A stretch of DNA of 59,448 bases, the filler included, from Sphacelaria rigidula (taxonomy: Eukaryota): the NCBI GenBank assembly GCA_964200075.2. It is 6 parts of 6 records of this genome, joined end to end, with 100 filler letters (N's around TTAATTAATTAA, not from the genome) between each part and the next. Parts side by side here need not be neighbours in the genome. Positions count along the whole stretch, not along the records: positions 49,626 to 59,448 come from CAXNAA020007684.1; 5 more parts are not named here. One strand, given 5' to 3'. The translations under genes and the position numbers were made by a program. The notes under the pieces are model-generated. The model saw only the letters and a list, made by a program, of their open reading frames with translations. It was not told the origin of the DNA and did no database searches. Positions within the stretch are counted from its first letter, which is position 1. The number at the start of each line of letters is the position of its first letter. Of the stretch, positions 49,626-59,448 are shown in pieces.

Positions 49626-52600
49626 CCCTGAAGGAGCGCGCTGCAGTGCCTGCGCGCGTCACGGCGGGAGTTACTTGATGGCGAGAGTGTCGAGAGCGGT
49701 TGAGCAGTGGTGATTCGGCTGATGATGTGGACTGGCTAACTTCGTCCCGAAAAGGGGGTGCAGGTTGTTTCAGCGGCGCACGGCTCTCCGGTGATGCTGT
49801 TGGCGACGTCTCTTCACGAGGTGTGTCATCGTCGTGCAGCATGCCCCGCTTGGTGATGGCGCTGATTCTCTCCAGAAGCTTGGTCACCTGTGGATCGTGA
49901 GAGATTCCGCTGGTAGTGATATGATCAACGGGGTGTGAGCCGGTTGAGCTAGTACGGAGATGTGGTCGCGAAGATCACGGAAGAAGTCGTCGTCGGTGAC
50001 GTAACTGTGGCCCTCTCTGTTGTTGCATTCCTGGTCACCAAGTGAAAATGGGTATATCCGAAGTTGTGGCTCTCCCGTCGCGGTAAGGTGTGTCGGAGTC
50101 TCGATGAAGACGATGTTCCTGCTCTCAATGATACGTCGCGTGGCCGGGTTGTAGATTCGGTAGCTCTTACTGTCATTGTTGTACCCAACTAGTCGTCCTT
50201 TAACTGCTTTAAGAGCAAGTTTCGAAGTATGCCGCTCGATATGTACGAAAGCCCTGGCTCCGACGACTCGAAGGTGCTTGAGATCCGGTTCTGTCTCCTT
50301 CAGCATCTTATGAGGTGATTGCAGGTCAAGCGCCGAATGCGGTGATCTCTTTGCAAGATAAGCCGCTGTGAACATCAATTCCCCCCAGAGAAAAGTCGGC
50401 AAACCACTGTCAGCAAGCATGCACCGGAACATGGCTGCAAGCGTCCAACCCACGCGTTCTGACAGGCCGATTTGTTGTGGTGTATTGGTGCTTGCAAACT
50501 CCAGCAATATGCCTGTCTGTCGGCAGTACGACTTGAACTCGTTCCCGATGAACTCACCGCCTTTATCTGCCCTTAGTCGTTCGACACGAACACCGCCAGG
50601 AATGACCATTGACTGTACGTAGGACTGAAATGCATGAAGAGTGCCGCCCTTGCTTTTTTTAAGGTAAATCTCTGTCCATCTGGTATACCCATCGGAGATC
50701 TTGCAACCGTACTTGAAGCCTCCCAACGCTTCCGGCATGATCGATCCCATCAAATCTGTCATGACTAGTTGAAAAGCGCGTTGCACTTTGTTGGCTGTCT
50801 TCGGGTGGGCCAGTTGACGACTTTTCCCAACGGTACAAATATCGCAGTCCGGAACGGCTCCACCGAAATCCACCCCGTTGCTTCCGACGTTTTTGAGAAG
50901 ATTCACACCATTGCTGTTCAAGTGTCCCATCTTCCGATGCCACAGCGTGGCGGCGTCTGCAGCTTGCAAAGCCAGTCTAGATGCGTCGTTGCCGCTGCTT
51001 AGTTCCAGAGAGAAGAAATGCAGGTCGCTCTCCAGTTCCTGTAGCGGAACGGTGAAGTTGTTTGTCTCCAGCCTTGCGTTGTTCATGTCGAAAACAGACA
51101 CAACACCATTTCGTGTCGCTTGTTTGACGGAGAACAAATTCCGCCCCAAGCCAGGCAAGACCAAACACGAAATCTGAACCAGGCGTTTGATCCCTTCGCC
51201 GTCTTGAATGTGGCCGCGGAGCAGTCCTTTACCAACCCCTGCCAAGTGATGCCCCCCTGCGGTGGTGATCGTACGCGGGGTCGCCAGTTCTTGGTAGTTG
51301 TGGAGTTTATACCGTTGCCCGGGGATGAGGGTATCGTCGAAGTAATGTCCCGACGCTCCACTGTCTACCATGACACTGACATGGCTATTGCTACCCTCAG
51401 TTCACTTGTCAAGAGCGGGTCCTGCCGCGAGAGCCGTCCCATCATCAGCATCGGTGATCCCGCCAAATGTTTTAGCGGTGTCATCGAGGTTCGACGTGGC
51501 CCGGGAATATGATGAGTTCCCGAACATCAACCAGACGTAGTGGACTACGGCTATTACAGTCAGTGCGCGCACTAGTGGGGAAAGTGTTTTCCTGATCCCC
51601 CGCAGTAGGTTGCGAGCTCTGCGCCAGAACCCCGGACCCCCGGCCTCCTCTCCGTCGGCCCCTTCGAAGGCGCCGAAGAGGCCGCTGCTGTCAAAAGAAG
51701 CAACGGGTCTCTTGGTTGGAGCGAAAAGCCAAGGTTTCTCCGCTTGCGGATGGTTCGCTTTGGACGCCTCCAGGGCATTGAAGGAGATGGTGGGAGGATG
51801 CTCCCTTGTACCGGTGGCTGGGGGACACCCTGACCATTGTGCGAAATTGGCTGTCTGCTGGTTGCGCTGTTGTAAGGAACGGCACTCTTCTTCGCTGTGA
51901 GTTGTTGAGTTGTGAAAAGAGCACCACTTGCCTACATGCCCATTGTTTCCCCCTGTCAATGCTCGGGTCGCACGGGCGGGGCAATTTCTCCTACTATGAC
52001 CTTGCTTTCCGCAGTGGTGGCATGTTACTTGATTTGTTTGTACTACCATCATTCCGTCCACTAGCCTGCATAGCAACCCCGCGGCCTTCGACCGAGTTGG
52101 TGGCGTCCGGTCGTGAAAGGTAGTCAGCATACATGGTGCTGACCATGTACCTGAGGTCCGACAAATTCAAATCGCGCCTCTCACAGCTAGCAATACGGAC
52201 CCTATCGTACTCGGCAGGTAGGGCTCGAAGGATATGTCCTCATATCGTTCGTCAGGCACGGGCCGCCCCATTTCCTCCAGGCGGTCACGGTAGCCATCCA
52301 TGACAAACAAAAAATCTTCCGGATCGTCCCCTGACTGCATCGTCGTATTGTGGAGCTTATCATGGAATTCCCTGCGTGCCTCTTTTGTGTTGCCGTCATA
52401 TTTTTCTTGCAGCGCTACTCACGCTGCTTGGCCATTACCAACCCCATCCTCCTGGGTTTTCCCCATTAAACGTCTTACGGTATTGTTCGCTGATTTTTCG
52501 GTGGTGAAAAATAAGATGCTGAACAGGTCATTGTTTGCGCGATTCCACGCCAGTGAAGCTGCCGTATCACGGGTTGACGGTTCATCAGCAATTACGGTGC

Positions 52601-52763
52601 GTGCGGGTCTCTGCCGCCCCTGCAGAATTTTTGCGGCCGCATTATGGTGGAGGGAGAGGATCACCCGTAGTTTGTCTTGGTACTCTCGGAAACTAGCCTT
52701 GTCTCTGCCATCAAGTTTTGTACGCAACTTAAGTACCGCACGAATACTCACATTGTCCGCCAT
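49626..52763 (-). mobile_element. Ty1/Copia LTR retrotransposon, decayed gag-protease-integrase region (RT/RNase H lost beyond the scaffold edge)
   Basis: gag from the ATG at 52763 (MADNVSIR...FREYQDKLRVIL), zinc knuckle CHHCGKQGHSRRNC, protease VDSGASGH, LWHRKMGH...CDIC zinc finger, and integrase D-D-E motifs (MTDLMG, RADKGGEF, GLSER). Protease-then-integrase order indicates Copia. In-frame stops at 52419 and 51402 and frameshifts in gag. Confidence 0.95.
49884..51371 (-). CDS. Copia protease-integrase open reading frame (495 aa)
   Basis: DSGA protease, GAG-pre-integrase, rve core and the SH3-like GRLVGY...SKSYRIY segment. Confidence 0.9.
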   Translation of the reverse strand: MVDSGASGHYFDDTLIPGQRYKLHNYQELATPRTITTAGGHHLAGVGKGLLRGHIQDGEGIKRLVQISCLVLPGLGRNLFSVKQATRNGVVSVFDMNNARLETNNFTVPLQELESDLHFFSLELSSGNDASRLALQAADAATLWHRKMGHLNSNGVNLLKNVGSNGVDFGGAVPDCDICTVGKSRQLAHPKTANKVQRAFQLVMTDLMGSIMPEALGGFKYGCKISDGYTRWTEIYLKKSKGGTLHAFQSYVQSMVIPGGVRVERLRADKGGEFIGNEFKSYCRQTGILLEFASTNTPQQIGLSERVGWTLAAMFRCMLADSGLPTFLWGELMFTAAYLAKRSPHSALDLQSPHKMLKETEPDLKHLRVVGARAFVHIERHTSKLALKAVKGRLVGYNNDSKSYRIYNPATRRIIESRNIVFIETPTHLTATGEPQLRIYPFSLGDQECNNREGHSYVTDDDFFRDLRDHISVLAQPAHTPLIISLPAESLTIHR

Positions 52764-52929
52764 AAGAATCCTCCTCGTCGCTTTGCTCCAACGTAACGAG
52801 TATAGTATAACGTGTTCCGATACCTCCACACAATCGGCCTTGGTCACCGCCGCTTGAACTGTCGAGGGAGGTCGCGAAAAAGAAAATGCGGATGAATCGA
52901 ATCCAGATATGGCCCCCACCACGATAGCG

Positions 52930-53390
52930 ACCCCCTGTAGTGCCGCTCCACTTCACCAACTGGCCAGGTTCAGAAAGAAAACCAGCGTACAAGTTGTTGC
53001 AAACAACGTGCACGATTGGGCACGTCTGTAGTAGGCGCGGAAAAAATTATTTCCGAAGAAAGGATCCGACTACTGACTGTTACTGTTCCCGCAGATCAGC
53101 CGTGGTGCTGCGCACGCTGGTGTCGTCTCCTCAAAGAATAGCTCACACGCCCTACTCGGTTCAGGTTGCGGTACCCTGTTGTAACGCCAGTCGAGAGTAG
53201 TCACAATGCGGAGCTAATCCTGTTCACCTGCGGCTATCCTGCTTTGAAACAAATTATCTCTTCGTACCGCAGCGATCTCTGTACTGCGATGATGCCAGGT
53301 GCGCACAAAGTAGGTGCTGTCCCCAATCGTAACACAACGCACTGTTGTAGTGCCAGACACACGCATGCCGTATTACTTTGACTCAACTCA
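52930..53390 (-). repeat. Possible 5' LTR / leader of the Copia element (boundaries uncertain)
   Basis: Non-coding sequence upstream of gag; the minus strand begins TGAGTTGAGTCAAAGTAAT near 53389. No second LTR is present in the window to confirm it. Confidence 0.3.
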
Positions 53391-56300
53391 CGTTGTTTTC
53401 CAGCAAAGATCTGGCCTTTTTCTGCTGCCCTTCCTTTCTAGGTCCACCGCTCCGTCAGCACCAACACGATCGAGGCTCAAAAAACCTGTTAGAGGATTCA
53501 CTCAGACCCCCTTTGTCGTGGTCGCTAGAGTTGGCGCAATGGCAGTTAAGCCAAGCAAGCAGACAGGCTGCTTCGGAGTGTAGACAGAAGATAGTCTTCA
53601 AGGTGTCGCTTCTGGGCAAGACAAATACAAACAACCCACCGGGGTACACGGTCAAAGAGAAGAGTAGTACTTCATGTATAGCAACTGCTATCCCACATTA
53701 TACGCCCCCACATCAGACCAAGCCTTCGTGACCGGTACCTGCGATCCCAACACTACATATATATAAAGTCAATACCATACGAAGCGTTGAAGAGCATGGC
53801 TCCATAGCCTTATTTTCTAACACAGATATGCAATGAGCAGCCCAGCCGCACAGCGTGAATCGCTATATCTTCATCAACGTCGTCTACAACATTCTCACTT
53901 GTTCCGCGATACTCGACACTTGTGCTCTTTGTCAGAATATTCTATGCTGCTTCGTTTTGCGGTATGTGAGTAAAAGGCTTAAGTGGGGTTGGTGTTGCGG
54001 GTGACGCCCGCAACTGCTACCACTTTTCGTGTTCTTGACTGCTGATGTTGAGGCGGACGGTGAATGTGGGGTGGAACGTAGTGGGCGTGTGCTTCCCGAG
54101 TGCAACAGCTAAACGATACAAGCACACAACGATATATCAGTGCAGTCGCCGGAGCAACTACATTTCCGCGACACTGGCCACTCACAGGCTTGTTGTAAAC
54201 ATGTACTGAAGATAGACGACAATTCATATGAGTGAGGTCGTTATTTGGACATGACATGTGTATTTATGATTGATACGATTGGCTCGATTACGGGTCATTT
54301 TTTCTGCAGTGGATAGTGATCGGTCCATTTTACCGATGTATAGTGCCCAAACTCGGGCCCCATTCAACCCCATAACTGTGGCCCTGGTTTCGCAAAGAAA
54401 CTTGTGCCCCGTATGCCTTCGACCTTATGGTCGCCGTCCTGTATGACTCTGCTCTCATATATTTGGACCAGGGAGAATTCAGGGAATGCCCTCTTCTTCG
54501 CCTGCACCATGGCATACCATGACGCCGCGTGTTATCCCACTCAACACCAGGGGTGGGACAGAATGAGTAGACCTTCGCCGCCGACACAGTATGATGCGAA
54601 CACAACCTTTCCACTGGACGGACGAACACAATCGGACTAACACCTCTTATTCGCTTGCGGGACGCCAGCTGTGTTATGCTTAGGGTATCGAGTAGGGTTC
54701 CTCAGGTGTTTCCCTAATTTCACCCTTTCCCATCACCGACTAGTCTACCCGGACAACTTCCGTACCAAGGACGGCGATACAATCCGCCACCATATATATC
54801 TTATTTAATTTTCGCTTCATGGGTACTGCTATTGTGCCTTCTCTCCTGCTCCCTTGTGCTCCTGGTCTCATACCGATGCTACGGAATTAGCAGTAGCAAT
54901 AGCAAGCCGTACCCCAAGGAAGGGATGTGACAAGCTGATCCTGTGTTCGGCTCGTTAAACCAAGCTGCAGGTTTTTAATATTGACACAACAATTAGCTGT
55001 TGTTTGGGGAATTACACCTGACGTCACTGTTGTGCGAATAATTGACAGGTATAATAGAAGCGAGGGATGATGGTACACGTGACTTACGCTAGGTCAAGTC
55101 ACCGCCTTGTAGACCAGAGGATGTCAGGAGCCAGTAGCGCGGATGTCAGGATACCCTTCTTGAATTAGTGATTCTGCGTAACCCTATACCCAAAAGATGT
55201 CAGCTCGTCGGTCGGTGAACACAAAGTGTAAAGGTATATGTTACAGATTTATTGGTCATTTTTCAGTCGACAAGGTTCCATGTGTCATACTTTGTCCTGA
55301 TTGGTACCTGATGGGTCATACAACATTGGGTGGTGGAATTGGGCTGTCTGCCATCATGTGTTACAACGCTTTGGACTAGCATCTCAACCAGCAAAGCAGA
55401 AGTTAGCCTGTTCGCCGATAATACAAGAATATCTACGCCATCACGGACTGCGGTATCAGAGGGGACTCTGGCCTTTTCATAATGTAAGCCTGACCTCCAC
55501 GCAACATTTGTTGTTCTGGCGTCTGAGCGGCTCGCGGATATGCCGCCAGACGCCGCGAACATGGATTGACTCCGCACTTGGTAAAGTCGAACTCGACGGG
55601 TCGATACACTTGATTGTGTTTGGGCGCAACGGCCCAGGTGCCCACGAACTGGCACCTTACACCCCTAGACGGTAAGTATCAAACCGTGACATGGTGTCCA
55701 ATGCGTGCTTGTGTAGAGTCAACCCCGGCATACTCCCCTCAAAAACATTTGGAGGTGAGGTTTTTCTGGCGTGTGAGTCGGATCCGGTAAAGTGTTACCT
55801 CTTTTATATACACTAAATGGTGTGCCTCCTTGTCGTTTCCACGGCATATCTACCTGCAACATCACTTCATTTAGCGCAGTATGATGTAGACAGAGTGCTT
55901 TTGAAGTTCACAACTGGGTGTCACTGATATGTTTGGAGAGCATGTGGAGTGTAATATGATGGTATGCTCTTGGCTCTTCGCACTCTTGTGTTCTCTCGCC
56001 TACCCACCATATGCACGTTGATAGTAAAAATTTGAGCATGGGCTATGTAGTTTGGTTTCACCCCGTGGGTGCCCTGTGCTCCGTATCCCGCCCGCTGCAT
56101 ATTTGTACTCATGCCCAAACAGATCATAGCAGCCTCATTCACGGATGACCAGGACAAGTTGCTTTCGCCACAACAGTGTCGCACCCTACGATATGACGGA
56201 GGTAACCAGACGTTCAAAGCACAATGACCTAAGCCAATATAAAAGTGAACGAATGGCAACAAACGGTCGTAAGACCACATCCGAATCAGCCCACCGGAAC

Positions 56301-58069
56301 GCGCTACATCTCGGCGAGATCCCGTATTATTGAACGTGCTACAATACTCCGGGCTGCATCATGGACTGCCACACTTCAGGGCATCTCGGAGCTGCGGATC
56401 CACTGCCGTGTTGCGGGTATCCCGTTGCCTTCTGTTGTTGTTGTTCGTGCTGCCTTACCGCCGTTGTGCTGTTGTTTGTTGGTGCCGTGCCGGTGTTGCG
56501 TTGTCCTTATTGCTGTGCTGCCGCTGCTGCTGTTTCCGCTGTGCTTTCCGTTACCCTGTTTTGCAGTTGCTGTCCCGCTTGAGGTGTTGTAGTTTTTGCG
56601 TTCATCGCCTGCGGTTGGTTGTAATGTTTTGCTCAAGCGGAAATCCTCTGCCGGCTCATTCTCGCCAGTTCGTTCCTTCCATCTTCAGCTCTGACTCGCT
56701 AGCAACACGTCGATATTTTACGACGGGAAGTATATTGGGCCTCGGGGAGGGGCATGTCGGAACTAGAACGATTCATTCACCAATTAACCGCTTTTCACTC
56801 TCAACCGTATCGTCTACTTTCACTCTCACGAAAACACTGTTGAGTTCGAATGAAGTTGCACACTTTTTTTTCACACCCTGGACAATACAATATGTAATAT
56901 ATATTGCTCGCTCAATATATCGAGGCGTCGGGTGATAAATATATATTGGGCGAGCAATATGATGACCCGAGAGAGGGTTAATATATATTGTGCCATCAAT
57001 ATATCAAGGCTCACGACATGCAATTTATATCGACCGAACAAAATATCACGACACGCGCCACCTCAATATTTATTGGCCGAGTAACATATTGGTGCGAGAA
57101 GGCACCACTATAGAGACAGCCATGGCTTATATACTGCCTCATGGGTGTCTCACCAGCGGGGGAGGGGGAGGGTGGTGGGGGCTCATGATCATGCATGCTA
57201 TAGTCACAGTCAGACCATTGACCTCGCATCTCCACAAAGCGGGGACGGAGCACGCCGGGGTTTCGCCGGACGCGGTTCGCACTCAATCACCAGACGCGAT
57301 GCGCCGTGGTGTGTTCGGCGAGTCGCATGCAGGGTGAGCTGCGCATCCTGTTATGATTGCTCGGCCCGAAGCCCACTGGTTATCTTGCATTCGGATAACG
57401 GCCTACAATGAGTTGCCTTATCATCTGGTATCACCACTTCCAGAGACAGCCATGGCTCATACACTGCCTCGTGGGTGTCTTACCATTCAAACATTACTTG
57501 GTACGATCATCCCCGTCGTGTAGAGTTGAGCTTCTCCCACGCCGCACCACATGGTCTAGCTCGAGTAGCGTCATGGTTCCCGCAAAAAAACGCAATTTCG
57601 CAAAAAATGGAGTGGGGGGGAAAGGGCGGGGGCGGCCGTGTGGCACCTCGTTCAGTGCAGAAGCGTCGGCAGATGAGAGTAGCTACCGATTTCAGTAGAT
57701 CTCTTTTTAACACATGTCATACTCGATATATGGATATATATATACAAATAATACCATATGGAGTGTATCATATATGCGCCCTGCATGTTACATCGTTGTT
57801 TATACATTAATGTACAGAAGGTAAGAACATACCCCGCTAGTTTTCGCGGATTCTGTCAGTGTTCATCGATCAATTTTTCGCGAAAATGTCGACATAAAAA
57901 TATCAACAAAATTGTCAACAAGTTTTGAAACAATGTTATTTACCCAGTTCGTTTCATCTCGCTTGCAACAGTAGTGAAGACAACCGCAATGTACTAGCGC
58001 CATACCAGTCGGGAATCCTAGCGCTCCACTACAACACGCAGCGCAATCGGTGGGGGTATTTATCAATAA

Positions 58070-58889
58070 GGGCCTGTCTTCGCACTTTTTTTTTTCGATC
58101 GAAAAAGTGCGGTCGACTGTTTCTTGGCCGATCTCATAGGTCCACCGCATTTATGTTTCTTAAAGGCTTCAACTCAAAATTATAATTAACGGCGGGCGGA
58201 GAAGAATGCAACGAGGTAAAAAACAATAGTTTTCGCTCTAAAACATGCTATCGAAAGGCACGAAGCGGCACTTGACTCCTATCGTACCGACCACCACGCC
58301 AAATAACACCTGTTATAAGACCATGCAAACTGCATCCAACTCATTCTCAGCCACCACCGTAACCCTGCAGGATAAAGCACGAGTTGAGCACAGGGATAGA
58401 CATACTGCAGTAGTCGGGTGTGCTTTGATTATTTTTTGCTCGCGAAAACTTGCACATCTTCTCTCATGGTAGGCACCAGGGACGGAACTGCGCGGTACGG
58501 TGGGCAACCGAGTTGCGTGCACGCTCATGGACAATGCAGGCAGTACAAAGCTGCACGTTGCTGAAGTCCTTTTCACATGGCATTGCAAGCAGAGAGAAAC
58601 GATAGTCCTAGGCTGTCTGCACTGCACGTTGCCTGTTTCTTCTTTATATCTTCCTGCACGAAACACACACACGCACTCAACACACCCTGTTTGGAAGCGA
58701 GGCAGACAGTACAGCCTGTCTGTACTGTACACGAGTGATCATGTGTCGTTTCACGCTTTCACTGCATTTTTTGGATCGAAAGCTTGAAAATCCATCCGCA
58801 CCCAACGAGGTCAAAACGAGAAATTCTCGCTCAGATCGATTCCATCAACCCATTTTTTCGATCGAAAAGAAAAGTGCTAAGACAGGCCC
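58070..58889. mobile_element. PIF/Harbinger (Tourist-like) non-autonomous element, 820 bp
   Basis: TIRs GGGCCTGTCTTCGCACTTTT...TTCGATCGAAAAA / TTTTTCGATCGAAAAGAAAAGTGCTAAGACAGGCCC, with an exact TAA TSD on both sides. Confidence 0.88.
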
Positions 58890-59448
58890 TAAGAGGCGTA
58901 ACAGGTGCTGTACTCACAGTCCCCCAGCACCCTCATCGCCGAAGGATCGAACGCGTAGTGTACACGGCACCACAGTTCGGCATCCCCGCCCAGGACTTTC
59001 GTTGCTGCTGCCACTCTTATGATTTCCACCGAGGACCTGAGGCGAGGCGCGGCAGACATGCGAATCCGGGCGCCGACAAGTCTCGTTGCGGGGTGCCCAC
59101 CCGCAAGACCCGCATTGTAGCGTGTGCTGGACTATCATTGCTCCGCAAGTGCGCCCAAGATTAGATTGATGGGGCTTTTCAGGCTCAGGTGCCCTTTCTG
59201 TCTGCAAGTCTCAAAACGACCGTGAAACTTTTCAAAAAGGGGACATTGTGCTCGAGACGCGGAGACGATTACGAGTCTTTTCATGTGCCTCTATCAACCA
59301 TAGTATCAGCTGACGGAAAGTGCCCCCCCTACGGTCCATGGCGTAACTGGTGACTCGCAGGCTCCAGTGCTTTCAACCGCCAACAGTGTTTTCGTGAGAT
59401 TGAGAGTAGATGATACGATTGAGAGTGGCTTTGATCATTCGCTTGAAG

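Noticed and set aside
53400-58000. Protein-coding gene among the short ORFs
   Set aside because: No recognisable motifs or consistent exon chain; probably intronic or intergenic.

Overview
This is eukaryotic genomic DNA, most likely from a brown alga (Phaeophyceae, Ectocarpus-like). That is inferred from the long GT-AG introns, the ankyrin family type and the SINE/LINE/Copia types. It is not one locus. Five identical 100-bp spacers (N44-TTAATTAATTAA-N44) split it into six pieces of 9826, 9826, 9825, 9824, 9824 and 9823 bp, so these are size-sorted, concatenated scaffolds and adjacency across a spacer has no biological meaning. Genes I could reconstruct: (1) the last five exons of an SBF1/SBF2-domain-like protein (minus strand), (2) eleven internal exons of DNA topoisomerase II (minus strand, TOPRIM through the catalytic Tyr), (3) an intronless YidD-domain gene with an N-terminal signal peptide, and (4) a divergently oriented intronless ankyrin-repeat gene of the brown-algal/phaeovirus (EsV-1-like) type. 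Mobile DNA includes a decayed Copia element, an RTE-like LINE fragment, tRNA-derived SINEs, hAT and PIF/Harbinger MITEs with target-site duplications, and a Tc1/IS630-like transposase relic. The most interesting unexplained structures are three near-perfect, almost indel-free fold-back hairpins (candidate miRNA/hpRNA loci), a recurrent short repeat whose fixed 3' end abuts poly-C runs, and a 490-bp unit bounded by palindromic head-to-head tRNA-like promoters. No clear novel multi-gene system is evident.
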